64,000 nucleotides of DNA from an uncultured Bacilli bacterium (GCA_934120265.1 CAKOTU010000001.1:5395-69394), one strand, 5' to 3'. Positions 9,555 through 20,796 are shown, numbered from the stretch's first letter. Numbers and translations are program-made. The notes: generated by a model not told the origin, from the sequence alone.

Positions 9555-11054
9555 ATGAAACCATTAGTACTATGTATTTTAGATGGAGTTGGAATAAGAA
9601 AAGAACTACACGGTAATGCATTCATGAATGCTAGTAAGCCTAATTTTGATTATTTAAGTAGAAATTTTCCACATTCTTTGTTAAATGCTAGTGGAGAGTT
9701 TGTTGGGCTACCTGCTGGTCAAATGGGTAATAGTGAAGTAGGTCATCTAAATATTGGATCAGGACGCGTAGTTTATCAACCTCAGCAATTAATAACTAGT
9801 AAGATAAATGATAGAACATTTTTTGATAATAAAGAAATATTAAAAGTATTTAGACATGTCAAAAAAAATCAAAGTAGTTTACACCTTTTAGGCCTTGTAA
9901 GTAATGGTGGTGTGCACTCTCAAATAAGTCATTTATTTGCTCTACTTGACATGTGTAAACTATATGGAGTAAATAAAGTGTATATTCATGCTTTTACTGA
10001 TGGAAGAGATACTAAGCCAGATTCAGGTATTGAATTTTTAAGACAACTTCAAGAAAAAATAAATGAAGTTGGTATTGGTGAATTAGCAACTATTTCTGGA
10101 CGTTATTATGCTATGGATAGAGATAATAACTGGGATAGGATTGATAAAGCATATCAAGCTATAGTAGATGGAATAGGAGAAACATATTATTCTTTTGAAG
10201 AAGCTATGCAAAAAAATTATGAAAAAAATATTGGAGATGAATTTATCGTTCCAGCTATTATAAATAAACAAGGAATAATTGAAGATGGAGATGGACTAAT
10301 AACTTTTAATTATCGTGCAGATAGATTAAGAGAATTATTTGGTGCTTTAACTAATAAAGAAAATAAGTCTTTTGAACATACACATCTTCATAATATTAAA
10401 TTAGTAACAATGTTACCAGTAAGTGATGAAGTAATATTTAAAAATGCTTTTGAAATGCCACAATTAAAAAATACTTTTGGAGAATATATTTCAAAATTAG
10501 GACTAAAACAACTTAGAATAGCTGAAACTGAAAAGTATGCCCATGTTACTTATTTCTTTGATGGTGGAAAAGAAATGAAGTTAAAAAATTGTGATCGTAT
10601 TTTAATACCATCACCTAAAGTTCCAACATATGATTTAAAACCAGAAATGAGTGCATATGAAATTACAGATACTTTAATATCAAAGTTAAATGATTATGAC
10701 ATAGTAATTTTGAACTATGCTAATGGTGATATGGTTGGACATACTGGCGTTTATGATGCCACTGTAAAAGCGGTAGAAGCCTTAGATGATTGTTTAGGTA
10801 AACTTTATAATAAAGTAAAAGAATTAGATGGAACAATGGTTATAATTGCTGATCACGGTAATTGTGATTATATGTTGGATGAAAATGATAAACCAGTTAC
10901 TACTCATTCAACTAGTTTAGTTCCACTTATCATAACAAAAGAAGGATTAGAATTGGAAAAAGGTTCGTTGTGTGATGTTGTTCCAACAATGCTAGAACTT
11001 TTAAATATCAAAAAACCAAAAGATATGACAGGAGTAAGTTTAATAAAGAAATAG
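9555..11054 (+). CDS. gpmI: 2,3-bisphosphoglycerate-independent phosphoglycerate mutase
   Basis: LCILDGVG, GNSEVGH, ISGRYYAMDRDNNWDR, NYANGDMVGHTG and ADHGN. Confidence 0.95.
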   Translation: MKPLVLCILDGVGIRKELHGNAFMNASKPNFDYLSRNFPHSLLNASGEFVGLPAGQMGNSEVGHLNIGSGRVVYQPQQLITSKINDRTFFDNKEILKVFRHVKKNQSSLHLLGLVSNGGVHSQISHLFALLDMCKLYGVNKVYIHAFTDGRDTKPDSGIEFLRQLQEKINEVGIGELATISGRYYAMDRDNNWDRIDKAYQAIVDGIGETYYSFEEAMQKNYEKNIGDEFIVPAIINKQGIIEDGDGLITFNYRADRLRELFGALTNKENKSFEHTHLHNIKLVTMLPVSDEVIFKNAFEMPQLKNTFGEYISKLGLKQLRIAETEKYAHVTYFFDGGKEMKLKNCDRILIPSPKVPTYDLKPEMSAYEITDTLISKLNDYDIVILNYANGDMVGHTGVYDATVKAVEALDDCLGKLYNKVKELDGTMVIIADHGNCDYMLDENDKPVTTHSTSLVPLIITKEGLELEKGSLCDVVPTMLELLNIKKPKDMTGVSLIKK

Positions 11055-11078
11055 AAGATGCAATTAAGCATCTTTTTT
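11055..11078 (+). terminator. rho-independent terminator after gpmI
   Basis: AAGATGC / GCATCTT stem followed by a T-run. Confidence 0.6.
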
Positions 11079-11170
11079 GTAATTTCTTTTATATAAATTA
11101 AATTACTTTCTTATTTAGATTATTTATAGTATAATTAATACGGGAATTATTACAAGTTTAGGTGAAATAT

Positions 11171-12151
11171 ATGAAATGGAAAATAGGTAATATTGAAATT
11201 AAAAATCAAGTTGTGTTAGCACCTATGGCGGGCATATGTAACAGTGCTTATCGTAGAATTATTAAAGAGATGGGTTGTGGTCTTATTGAGGCTGAAATGG
11301 TTAGTGATAAAGCCATAAGTTTTGGTAATGAGAAAACAATTGAAATGCTTTACATGACTGATTTTGAAAGACCTATTTCTCAGCAAATATTTGGTAGTGA
11401 TAAAGAATCGTTTATTACGTCTGCTAAGTATATATATGAACACATGAAACCAGATATTATAGATATAAATATGGGATGCCCAGTACCTAAGGTTGCTGTT
11501 CGTGCTCAAGCAGGAAGTGCTCTTTTAAAAAATCCAGATAAAGTATATGAAATAGTAAAAGCAGTAGTGGATGCTGTTCCTGTTCCAGTTACTGTAAAAA
11601 TAAGAAGTGGTTGGGATGAAAAAAGTATTAATGCTGTTGAAATAGCGCAAATTATTGAGCGTGCTGGTGCGAGTGCAATTACTGTTCATCCAAGGACTAG
11701 AAGTCAAGGTTATACTGGTAAAGCTAATTGGAATATAATAAAAGAAGTAAAAGAAAATGTATCGATTCCAGTAATCGGTAATGGTGACATAACTAGTTGT
11801 TATGATGCAAAAAGAATGCTTGATGAAACAGGTTGTGATGCTGTTATGATAGGAAGAGGAGTACTAGGTAATCCGTGGTTAATAAAAGAAACGGTTGAAT
11901 ACTTAGAAAATGGTAAGGAACCTAGTAGTGTTTCTTTAGAAGATAAAATAGATATGATAAAAAAACACGTAAATTATCTTTTAGAAATCAAACCTGAAAA
12001 AGTAGCGCTTCTAGAAATGCGTAGTCATGCTGCGTGGTATTTTAAGGGAGTAGAAAATGCCAGTAAGATACGAAGTGAATTAAGTAAAATAAAAACAAAG
12101 GAAGAATTATTTAATATTTTAGATAATTTTAAGGGAGGCAAATATGAATAA
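11171..12151 (+). CDS. dusB: tRNA-dihydrouridine synthase
   Basis: LAPMAGI, DINMGCP, VTVKIR and TVHPRTR motifs. I prefer the ATG at 11171, with RBS AGGTGA 6 nt upstream, to the GTG at 11162. Confidence 0.9.
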   Translation: MKWKIGNIEIKNQVVLAPMAGICNSAYRRIIKEMGCGLIEAEMVSDKAISFGNEKTIEMLYMTDFERPISQQIFGSDKESFITSAKYIYEHMKPDIIDINMGCPVPKVAVRAQAGSALLKNPDKVYEIVKAVVDAVPVPVTVKIRSGWDEKSINAVEIAQIIERAGASAITVHPRTRSQGYTGKANWNIIKEVKENVSIPVIGNGDITSCYDAKRMLDETGCDAVMIGRGVLGNPWLIKETVEYLENGKEPSSVSLEDKIDMIKKHVNYLLEIKPEKVALLEMRSHAAWYFKGVENASKIRSELSKIKTKEELFNILDNFKGGKYE

Positions 12152-12746
12152 GAGTAATTTTGGTAAAAGGCTTGTAGCGTATATTTTAGATGCTATTATA
12201 GTATCATTAATTTTTTCAGTTTTAACAATGTTTATCAAAGAAAGTAATAATTTAATTAATTTAAATAATCAACTTAATACAATAAGTGAAAATTTTATCA
12301 ACAAAACTATAACAATGAAAGAATATTTTAATCAATATTCATCTATTGAATATTTAATAAATAAAGAAATGTTTTTACAAAATTTATTTAGCTTAATATT
12401 AATGATTGGTTATTTTGTTATTTTACCTTATTATTACAATGGTCAAACAATAGGTAAAAAGATGATGAAAATAAAAATTGTTAAAGAAGATGATAAATTA
12501 ACTATTAATGATTTAGCCTTGAGAAGTTTACTAGCTAATGGGATTGCTATGACATTTATTGAGTTAGCACTTATCTTTTTAATTAAAGATATCTCTTATT
12601 TTATAACAATATCAATTTTAAGTTTTGTTCAATTTTTACTAGTAATTACAAGCATTTTTATGATATTATATAGAAAAGACAAAAAAGCTTTACATGACAT
12701 TGTTTGTAAGACTTTAGTAGTAGATGAAAATTTAGAGGTGAAATAA
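12144..12746 (+). CDS. RDD family membrane protein
   Basis: The [13 protein letters not shown]-terminal pattern, 3-4 TM helices and the C-terminal ALHDIVCKT are typical of RDD domains. Confidence 0.7.
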   Translation: MNKSNFGKRLVAYILDAIIVSLIFSVLTMFIKESNNLINLNNQLNTISENFINKTITMKEYFNQYSSIEYLINKEMFLQNLFSLILMIGYFVILPYYYNGQTIGKKMMKIKIVKEDDKLTINDLALRSLLANGIAMTFIELALIFLIKDISYFITISILSFVQFLLVITSIFMILYRKDKKALHDIVCKTLVVDENLEVK

Positions 12747-14230
12747 TGAGAGAATTAACTGAGCAAGAATTAGTTAGAAGACAAAAAGCAGAAAATTTAA
12801 GAGAGTTAGGTCTTGATCCATTTGGACATAGATTTGAGCGTACTGACTATTCAGAAGATATTAAAGAAAAATATAAAGATGTAGAACATGATGCTTTTGA
12901 AAATATGAATGATACAGTTACTGTAGCAGGTCGTATTATGTTTATTAGAAAAATGGGTAAAGCATCTTTCTTCTCAATTCAAGATAAAAAAGGAAAAATT
13001 CAAATTTATATTTCTATAAATGATGTTGGAGAAGATACTTATAATTTATTTAAAAGTGCTGACTTAGGTGATATTGTTGGAGTATATGGAAAAGTTATGA
13101 AGACTAAAACCGGAGAAGTAACTATTAAATGTTTAAAATATACTCATTTAGTAAAAGCATTAAAACCACTTCCTGAAAAATTCCATGGTTTAACTGATAT
13201 CGAAGAAAGATATAGAAGAAGATATGTAGATTTAATTATGAACGAAGATTCTAAGCGTGTTGCCTTCACTCGTCCAAAGATTATTAGATGTATTCAAAAC
13301 TTTATGGATAGTCAAGGATTTGTTGAAGTTGAAACACCAGTTTTAACAACACTTCTTACAGGAGCATCTGCTCGTCCTTTTGTTACACATCATAATACAC
13401 AAGATTTAGATATGTATTTACGTATAGCTTTAGAGTTACCTCTAAAAAGATTATTAGTTGGTGGTATGGAAGCAGTTTATGAAATTGGTAGAACATTTAG
13501 AAATGAAGGAATGGATCCAAAACATAATCCAGAATTTACTCTAATGGAAGCATACCTAGCATACTCAGATTTAGAGGGTATGATGGACTTAACAGAAAAT
13601 ATGTATAAAAAGATTGCTACAGATGTTATGGGTAAAATGGTCTATAACTGGTGTGGTGATGAAATAAATCTAGATGGCACATGGAAAAGAATTAGCATGG
13701 TAGATGCTATAAAAGAACAAACTAGTATTGATTTTAGTAAAGAGATGACTTTAGAAGAAGCTAAAGCACTTGCTAAAGAACATGATATTGAAGTAGAAGA
13801 TCACTTCACAGTTGGACATATTATTAATGCTTTCTTTGAAAAATATGTAGAAGAAACATTAATTCAACCAACATTCTTATATGGTCATCCAGTAGAAATT
13901 TCCCCACTTACAAAGAGAAATCCAAAAGATCCACGTTTTGTAGATAGATTTGAATTGTTTATAGGTGGAAAAGAGTTTGCTAATGCTTACACTGAATTAA
14001 ATGATCCTATTGATCAATTAGAAAGATTTGAAGACCAACTAAAAGAAAGAGATTTGGGAAATGATGAAGCTAACGATATCGATATGGATTTCATTGAAGC
14101 TTTAGAGTATGGAATGCCTCCTGCAGGTGGTATTGGTTATGGAATAGATAGACTATGTATGTTATTTACTGAAAGTGATTCTATCCGTGATGTAATTTTA
14201 TTCCCAACTATGAAGGAAAGAAGTAAGTAA
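12746..14230 (+). CDS. lysS: lysine--tRNA ligase (class II)
   Basis: OB-fold N-terminal domain, RYRRRYVDL, the class II motifs FRNEG and ELNDP, and [10 protein letters not shown]. Confidence 0.95.
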   Translation: MRELTEQELVRRQKAENLRELGLDPFGHRFERTDYSEDIKEKYKDVEHDAFENMNDTVTVAGRIMFIRKMGKASFFSIQDKKGKIQIYISINDVGEDTYNLFKSADLGDIVGVYGKVMKTKTGEVTIKCLKYTHLVKALKPLPEKFHGLTDIEERYRRRYVDLIMNEDSKRVAFTRPKIIRCIQNFMDSQGFVEVETPVLTTLLTGASARPFVTHHNTQDLDMYLRIALELPLKRLLVGGMEAVYEIGRTFRNEGMDPKHNPEFTLMEAYLAYSDLEGMMDLTENMYKKIATDVMGKMVYNWCGDEINLDGTWKRISMVDAIKEQTSIDFSKEMTLEEAKALAKEHDIEVEDHFTVGHIINAFFEKYVEETLIQPTFLYGHPVEISPLTKRNPKDPRFVDRFELFIGGKEFANAYTELNDPIDQLERFEDQLKERDLGNDEANDIDMDFIEALEYGMPPAGGIGYGIDRLCMLFTESDSIRDVILFPTMKERSK

Positions 14231-14769
14231 TGTATTTATACGTTGTTAGGCATGGAGAAACTGCTGAAAATACTAGATCCATAATGCAAGGAAATATGGA
14301 TACAGTATTAGATGAAAAAGGTAAACTTCAAGCCAAAGAAGCAAAAGAAAAATTAAAGGGTGTTCAAATTGATTTAATAATAAGTTCTCCTAAACAAAGA
14401 ACTTTAGAAACTGCACTTATAGTCGCAGATGATGATACAATTATTATAACTGATGATAGATTGTTAAGTCGTGATCATGGTGAATTCCAGGGTAAATCAA
14501 GATATGAAATAAATCTTAAAGATTACTGGAATATAAAATTAAATAAGCAATATGAAAGAGCTGAGTGTGTCCAACATATTTATGATCGCGTTGACAGTCT
14601 AATAAATGAAATCAAAACTAAATATAAAGATAAAACAGTATTACTAGTTACTCATAGTGGTATATGTCGTATCTTATATTATTATTTTAATGGTATTCCT
14701 GAAGATGGAGATTTAATGGGATACGAATCAACAAATTGTTCAGTTGAAAGATATGAATTGGAGGATTAG
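14230..14769 (+). CDS. histidine phosphatase (phosphoglycerate mutase) family protein
   Basis: The RHGET catalytic motif is at residues 7-11 and a second His lies in VTHSG. Confidence 0.8.
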   Translation: MYLYVVRHGETAENTRSIMQGNMDTVLDEKGKLQAKEAKEKLKGVQIDLIISSPKQRTLETALIVADDDTIIITDDRLLSRDHGEFQGKSRYEINLKDYWNIKLNKQYERAECVQHIYDRVDSLINEIKTKYKDKTVLLVTHSGICRILYYYFNGIPEDGDLMGYESTNCSVERYELED

Positions 14770-14771
14770 AA

Positions 14772-15965
14772 ATGAAAATATTATCAGTAAACTGTGGTAG
14801 TTCATCATTAAAATTTCAAATGTATGAAATGCCAGAAGAAAAAGTATTAATTAGTGGGTATGTTGAAAAAATAGGACTACCAGACTGCTTTTGGACTGTT
14901 AAAGTTAATGGTGAAAAAATAAAAACATCACGTCCACTTGCAAATCATACAGAAGCTGTAGATGTTTTAATTGAAGAATTATTTAAACACAATATTGTAA
15001 AAAGCTTAGATGAAATTGAAAGAATTGGTCATCGTGTTTTACATGGTGGAGAATTCTTTAAAGAATCTGCTATTGTAACAGATGAAGTAATTGAAAAAAT
15101 TAAGTCATTAATTCCACTTGGACCACTTCACTTACCAGGTAACTTAGCCGGCATCGAAGCATTTAGAAAAGTATTGCCTAATGTTCCTATGGTAGCAGTA
15201 TTTGATACAGCATTCCATCAAACAATGCCAAAGAGAAATTATATTTACCCAGTACCACTTTCTTGGTATGAAAAATATGGTGTACGTAAATATGGTTTCC
15301 ACGGAACAAGTCATAAATATATTACAGAAGTAGTGAAACAAGAATTAGGAAAAGAAGATGTAAATTTAATTGTATGTCATATTGGTAGTGGTGCAAGTAT
15401 TGCTGCTATTAAAGATGGTAAATGTTATAATACAACAATGGGCATTACTCCATTAGATGGATTAATGATGGGTACTCGTAGTGGTGCTATTGATCCTTCA
15501 ATTCTTGAATATGTTTGTAAAGAAGCAAATATGTCAGTAGAAGAAGTTACTAACGTTTTAAATAAACAAAGTGGTTTCTTAGGAGTCGCTGGACAAGCAG
15601 ATTGCCGTGATGTAGAAGCACTTGTTGCAGAAGGTAATGAAAATGCTGTATTAGCATACGATATGTACTGTGATAGAATTGCTAAATACATTGCTGAATA
15701 TTACCTTGAATTAAATGGTAAAGTAGATTCAATTGTTTTCACTGCTGGTGTTGGTGAGAATGGATCTGGTGTTAGAAAAGAAGTACTTGATAGATTAAAT
15801 CCTATTGGTATCTATGTAAATGAAGAAATAAATGATAAAATTGCTTCATTTAAAGATATTCATGAAGGTGTTATTAGCACTAAAGATTCAAAAGTAGAAG
15901 TAAGAGTATTGCCTACTGATGAAGAAATAATGATTGTAAGAGATACTTATAATTTAACTAAATAA
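14772..15965 (+). CDS. ackA: acetate kinase
   Basis: ILSVNCGSSSLKFQ, GHRVLHGG, FDTAFHQTMP, YGFHGTSH and TAGVGENG. Confidence 0.95.
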   Translation: MKILSVNCGSSSLKFQMYEMPEEKVLISGYVEKIGLPDCFWTVKVNGEKIKTSRPLANHTEAVDVLIEELFKHNIVKSLDEIERIGHRVLHGGEFFKESAIVTDEVIEKIKSLIPLGPLHLPGNLAGIEAFRKVLPNVPMVAVFDTAFHQTMPKRNYIYPVPLSWYEKYGVRKYGFHGTSHKYITEVVKQELGKEDVNLIVCHIGSGASIAAIKDGKCYNTTMGITPLDGLMMGTRSGAIDPSILEYVCKEANMSVEEVTNVLNKQSGFLGVAGQADCRDVEALVAEGNENAVLAYDMYCDRIAKYIAEYYLELNGKVDSIVFTAGVGENGSGVRKEVLDRLNPIGIYVNEEINDKIASFKDIHEGVISTKDSKVEVRVLPTDEEIMIVRDTYNLTK

Positions 15966-15971
15966 CGAAGA

Positions 15972-15997
15972 AGCACTACCAAAGTAGTGCTTTTTTT
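15972..15997 (+). terminator. rho-independent terminator after ackA
   Basis: AGCACTAC / GTAGTGCT 8-bp stem with a 4-nt loop, followed by T7. Confidence 0.8.
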
Positions 15998-16031
15998 GAT
16001 GTTTAAAAATATATTATAAAAGAGGTGTAAA

Positions 16032-16952
16032 ATGGTAGATACTCATTATGATTTGTTAACAGTTGCGTATATATGTTATTTAAAAAATGATTATCAAGAG
16101 CTAGAAAAAATTTCTAAAGAAATAAAAAATAGTGGTGTAAATTATATATTTGCTAATTTATATTTTATGTCAAAGGAAGAAATGATAATTGAACTACATA
16201 AAAATTATTATAATCAAGATGTTAGTATATTAGAAATGTTTAAAATAGCTAAAACTATACTTGAAAACTATTTACCTAGTATTAACTTTATTTATAGTAT
16301 AGAGGGCTGTGATTATTTAAAAATTGAAGATTTAGAACCTTTATATAATAATGGCCTTAGAGCAATAATTCTTGTTTGGAACGAAAAAAATAGGTATGGT
16401 TCGGGTAATAGAACAAGTGATGGACTGACAAGTGAAGGTGTAGAGTTTTTAAATAAAGCTATATCTCTTGGTATGGGAATAGATATGTCACACGCTAATG
16501 ATAAAACATTTTATGATATGATAGATGTTATAAAAGAAAACCAGAAGCAAGGACATAAAGTTATATGTTATGCTAGTCATTCTAACTCTAGAAAATTATA
16601 TAATAGATCACGAAATTTAACAGATAATCAAATTCTAACATTAAAAGAAGTAGGCGGTTTGATTGGTATATTTTCTAATAAAAATTTTGTAAGTAATAAT
16701 AATTATAAAGATAATTATTTAGAACATATTATTCATGTTTCTAATTTGATAGGTGTTGATAATGTAATGTTATCAACCGATGATATGCGTTTTATGGGTG
16801 ATTATGATAAATATTATTTAGAATCTCCTATATTTAACTATGGCAATATTGCAAGTGAAGTAAAAGTATTACTCATGAAACATTTTTCTATAGATGATAC
16901 AAATAAAATAATGATATCAAATTGTTATAATAAAATTATTAGTATGCTATAA
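16032..16952 (+). CDS. putative membrane-dipeptidase (peptidase M19)-like protein
   Basis: The N-terminal VDTHYDLL (H-x-D metal site), the WNEKNRYGSG-type segment, DMSHAN and SHSNSR resemble the renal dipeptidase family. The assignment is tentative. Confidence 0.5.
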   Translation: MVDTHYDLLTVAYICYLKNDYQELEKISKEIKNSGVNYIFANLYFMSKEEMIIELHKNYYNQDVSILEMFKIAKTILENYLPSINFIYSIEGCDYLKIEDLEPLYNNGLRAIILVWNEKNRYGSGNRTSDGLTSEGVEFLNKAISLGMGIDMSHANDKTFYDMIDVIKENQKQGHKVICYASHSNSRKLYNRSRNLTDNQILTLKEVGGLIGIFSNKNFVSNNNYKDNYLEHIIHVSNLIGVDNVMLSTDDMRFMGDYDKYYLESPIFNYGNIASEVKVLLMKHFSIDDTNKIMISNCYNKIISML

Positions 16953-16961
16953 AGAAAAGTA

Positions 16962-17591
16962 CTATCCTTTAAGAATAGTGCTTATTATTTTTATAACTTC
17001 TTCTTTCATAACTTTATAATTTAAAGATTTATGGTGATGATATACAATTTCGTGACAATAGTTTTCCACCATACCAATTATAATATGAACTTTTTCATCT
17101 AAATTAGCTGTTTTAATCCCGTTATCTTTTAAAACATCAACTATTTTTTTGGTTGTCATTAATTCTTTGTTGTGGAAAATTTCTGCAATCTCCTCATCTA
17201 AATGAGAAAGGGCAATCATTTCTTCGTGAGCCTTTTTAGATAAAGTATGCTTCTTTATGAATATATCAAGCATTTCATCTAATATATGTTCTAGGTTATC
17301 AATCTTAATATCATTGTTTTTTAGTACATTTAAAATAGGAAACATTATATTATCGGAATAATCTTTTATACCTTCGATAAATATTTCCTTTTTGTCAGTA
17401 AAGTATTGATATATAATTCCTGTTGATACACCAGCGTATTTAGCAATATCGGTTGTATTGGTATTATAATATCCATATTCACACATTAGTTCAAATCCCT
17501 TTTCAACTATACGATTTCTTTTTTCTATTGATCTTTTTTGTGTAGGAATTCTAGTTTCTGCCATAGTATCACATCCATTAACATTATACAT
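16962..17591 (-). CDS. TetR/AcrR family transcriptional regulator
   Basis: HTH region TNTTDIAKYAGVSTGIIYQYF. An alternative start at 17564 (MAETR...) is possible. Confidence 0.85.
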   Translation of the reverse strand: MYNVNGCDTMAETRIPTQKRSIEKRNRIVEKGFELMCEYGYYNTNTTDIAKYAGVSTGIIYQYFTDKKEIFIEGIKDYSDNIMFPILNVLKNNDIKIDNLEHILDEMLDIFIKKHTLSKKAHEEMIALSHLDEEIAEIFHNKELMTTKKIVDVLKDNGIKTANLDEKVHIIIGMVENYCHEIVYHHHKSLNYKVMKEEVIKIISTILKG

Positions 17592-17634
17592 CTTTAAAAT
17601 TCATTTTTCAATATGATAAATTTGTCATATTTTA

Positions 17635-17689
17635 TTGACTTATTAATATAATGTGAGTATAATGAAAATGTGAGAAAAATATCACATTT
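17635..17689 (+). promoter_or_regulatory. sigma-A-type promoter with overlapping candidate TetR operator for the ABC operon
   Basis: TTGACT at 17635-40, a 17-nt spacer and TATAAT at 17658-63. A perfect inverted repeat follows, AAATGTGA (17666-73) N8 TCACATTT (17682-89). An extra ATGTGA half-site lies at 17651-56. Confidence 0.55.
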
Positions 17690-17705
17690 AGAAAGAAGAT
17701 GAATT

Positions 17706-18416
17706 ATGGAAGAATTAATTACTTTTAAAAACGTTAAAAAAACATATATAGTAGGAGAAAAGAAATTTAATGCTTTAGATGGTGTTAACTTTTCAATTAA
17801 CAAAGGAGAATTCGTTGTTATTTTAGGACCAAGTGGAGCAGGAAAATCAACTCTTTTAAATTTACTAGGTGGTATGGATAAAGTTACTAGTGGAAAAATT
17901 AAAGTAGGGGATGAAGTAATTTCTGACTACTCTGATAGTGAATTAACTGATTATCGTGCTGAAAATGTTGGTTTTATTTTTCAATTTTATAATATTTTAC
18001 CAACCTTAACAGTTTTAGAAAACGTGAAGATTGTTAATGACATTGTAAAAAAGCCAAAGAATGCTAAAGAAGTATTAAAAAGTGTTGGATTAGATAAACA
18101 TGCTAAAAAGTTCCCTAACCAATTGTCTGGTGGAGAACAGCAAAGAGTATCTATCGCTAGAGCTATTGCAAAAGACCCATTACTTCTTTTATGTGATGAA
18201 CCAACTGGAGCTCTTGATTCTAAAACCGGTGTTGAAGTATTAAAATTATTAAAAGAACAATGTGATGCCAATAATGGTGAAAATACTGTTGTTATAGTTA
18301 CTCACAATTCTTTAATCGCTGAGATTGCTGACCGTGTTATTAGACTTAAAAATGGTAAAGTTGAAAGTAATGAAATAAATAAACATCCAAAAGCAATAGA
18401 CGAGGTTGTGTGGTAA
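17706..18416 (+). CDS. ABC transporter ATP-binding protein (MacB/LolD-like)
   Basis: Walker [10 protein letters not shown], signature LSGGEQQR and Walker B LLLCDEPT. Confidence 0.9.
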   Translation: MEELITFKNVKKTYIVGEKKFNALDGVNFSINKGEFVVILGPSGAGKSTLLNLLGGMDKVTSGKIKVGDEVISDYSDSELTDYRAENVGFIFQFYNILPTLTVLENVKIVNDIVKKPKNAKEVLKSVGLDKHAKKFPNQLSGGEQQRVSIARAIAKDPLLLLCDEPTGALDSKTGVEVLKLLKEQCDANNGENTVVIVTHNSLIAEIADRVIRLKNGKVESNEINKHPKAIDEVVW

Positions 18417-18417
18417 T

Positions 18418-20796
18418 ATGTTAAAACACAAAATGTTACGTGATATATTGCAAAATAAATCACAATTTATAACTATTTTCTTGATGATATTGATTGGCGT
18501 AATGGTTTATGTAGGAATCGAATCATATATGGATGGTATGACAAATGCTGCTGATAAGTTTTATCAAGAAAATAATTTGCAAGATCTTAATGTTTTAGGA
18601 GAAAATTTTACTAGTGATGATTTAGATAAAATAAAATCACTAGATAATGTAAATGACGCTGAAAGAAAATTAGTTGTTACTGGTATAGATGGTGATGACA
18701 AAGATAAAACATATTTAATCAGTTTCATTGAATCAAACAATATTTCTAAGTTTTATGTTTTTGATGGTGAAGAATTTGATGTAAACAAAAAAGGTGTTTG
18801 GGTAGATAACTTCTACGCCAAAGAAAATAATTTACATGTTGGTGATACTTTAAAAATAAAATATGATACATTTACTTTAGAAGAAAAAATATTAGGTTTA
18901 ATCAATGTTCCAGATCATATATATGATGTTAAAGATGAATCTGAATTAATCCCTAATCGTAAAGTATTTGGATTTGTTTATTTATCAAGTAATGAGATAC
19001 CAGAAGAATATATCAAAAGTATGGCTATGAGAAAATTAAATATTGATAATGAAGAAGTATTTAATACTTATGTTCCAGATTTTGATCATAAAAAATATAT
19101 TCCTTATAACTACATTATGGTTGATGTAAATAGTAAAGACAATGTTAATAGTGTCAAGAATGATATTGAGGATAATGTAAAGAGTGCTTTAGCTATTGTT
19201 AAAATAGAAGATACAGCTTCTTACTTGATGTATCAAGGGGAAATTGATGAGGGAGCATCCTATGTTGGAATATTCTCTGGATTATTCTTATTTATCGCTT
19301 TACTTTCTGTTATCACAACTATGACTAGAGTTGTAAAGAAACAAAAAATTCAAATTGGAACTTTAAAAGCTCTAGGATTTAAAAAATCTAAAATATTATT
19401 ACATTATGTAGGTTATGGATTCTTTGTGTCATTACTTGCTTCAATATGTGGTATTTTACTTGGTAGATATTTTATTGGTTCAGTCTTCCTAGGTTTAGAA
19501 ATGTCATTCTTTGAAGTCCCTAATGGAGTACCAATCATTAATAATTCTAGTTACGTAGTAGCGGCTTTAGTAATTATTGTTGTTTCATTTATAACTTATT
19601 TAACTTGTTATAAATCATTACGTAAAAATCCTGCTGAAACTCTTCGTACCGAACTTCCTAAAGTAAAAAATGGTAGTTTAAATATTACAACTAAAGGTAT
19701 ATTTAAAAAGTTAAGTTTTTCTAGCAAATGGAATTTAAGAGATGTTATTAGAAATAAGTTTAGAACAATAACAGGAGTAGTTGGAATCGTTGGTTGTTGT
19801 ACATTAATTGTTTGTGCATTTGGTATGCTTAATAGTATGAATCATTTTATAAAATTACAATTTGATGATTTGTATAATTTTGATTATAAACTTACTTTAA
19901 AAAGGGATATTAAAAGTGAAGAACTAGAAAGTTTAGAAAATGAGTATGGTAATGCGACAAGTGAAACTTTAGGAATTGAAATAAAAGATACAAATGGTGA
20001 AAGAAAAGCTAATACAATATTTGTTACTGATGCTAAAGATATGGTTAGATTCCAAAATAAAAAAGATCAATTCATAAATATTGATTCTAAGGATGGTATT
20101 TATGTAACAAGTAAATTAGCTGAAACAGAAGGATATAAGATTGGTGATAAAATAAGCTGGCACATTTATGGTGATCAAACATACTACGAATCAGAAATAG
20201 TTGGTTTTAATAAAGACCCACAAAATCAAAATTTAACTATGACTCGTGAATATATGGAAAGCTTAAATCTTTCATATCAACCTGATTCTTTATATACTAA
20301 TAGTAATTTAGAAAATATAAAAGAAATTAAAGGTGTAGAAGTAGTCCAAGATATTGCTTCTTTAAAAACTAGTATGGAATCAATGCTATCGATGATGAAA
20401 ACGATGATTACTTTAATTATTTGTTTTGCTGTATTATTAGGGGCAGTTATTATTTATAACATGGGTATTTTATCCTATAGTGAAAAACAATATCAATTTG
20501 CAACTTTGAAAGTACTTGGATTTAAAGATAAACGTATTAAAAAAATATTTGTTGAACAAAATATTTGGATAGCGTTCGCATCTATTATTATTGGTCTTCC
20601 ATCTGGATATTTCTTAACTTCGTGGTTATTTAAACAATGCTTAGATGATAATTTTGATTTTAATGTTCATATTAATATTAGTACATATTTAATTGCAACC
20701 ATAGGAACATTCTTAGTTGCGTATATAGTATCTAAGCTTTTAGCTAAAAAAATAAATAAAATAGATATGGTTAGTAGTTTGAAAGGGAATGAATAG
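18418..20796 (+). CDS. ABC transporter permease, FtsX/MacB-type with duplicated 4-TM modules
   Basis: About 790 aa with two FtsX-like TM bundles and large extracytoplasmic domains. The ATG at 18418 lies directly after the upstream stop; a TTG at 18406 is the alternative start. Confidence 0.85.
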   Translation: MLKHKMLRDILQNKSQFITIFLMILIGVMVYVGIESYMDGMTNAADKFYQENNLQDLNVLGENFTSDDLDKIKSLDNVNDAERKLVVTGIDGDDKDKTYLISFIESNNISKFYVFDGEEFDVNKKGVWVDNFYAKENNLHVGDTLKIKYDTFTLEEKILGLINVPDHIYDVKDESELIPNRKVFGFVYLSSNEIPEEYIKSMAMRKLNIDNEEVFNTYVPDFDHKKYIPYNYIMVDVNSKDNVNSVKNDIEDNVKSALAIVKIEDTASYLMYQGEIDEGASYVGIFSGLFLFIALLSVITTMTRVVKKQKIQIGTLKALGFKKSKILLHYVGYGFFVSLLASICGILLGRYFIGSVFLGLEMSFFEVPNGVPIINNSSYVVAALVIIVVSFITYLTCYKSLRKNPAETLRTELPKVKNGSLNITTKGIFKKLSFSSKWNLRDVIRNKFRTITGVVGIVGCCTLIVCAFGMLNSMNHFIKLQFDDLYNFDYKLTLKRDIKSEELESLENEYGNATSETLGIEIKDTNGERKANTIFVTDAKDMVRFQNKKDQFINIDSKDGIYVTSKLAETEGYKIGDKISWHIYGDQTYYESEIVGFNKDPQNQNLTMTREYMESLNLSYQPDSLYTNSNLENIKEIKGVEVVQDIASLKTSMESMLSMMKTMITLIICFAVLLGAVIIYNMGILSYSEKQYQFATLKVLGFKDKRIKKIFVEQNIWIAFASIIIGLPSGYFLTSWLFKQCLDDNFDFNVHINISTYLIATIGTFLVAYIVSKLLAKKINKIDMVSSLKGNE

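Noticed and set aside
17594-17803. 69-aa minus-strand ORF across the TetR / ABC divergent promoter region.
   Set aside because: It spans the promoter/operator and the 5' end of the ABC ATPase gene. It has no RBS and no recognisable family.
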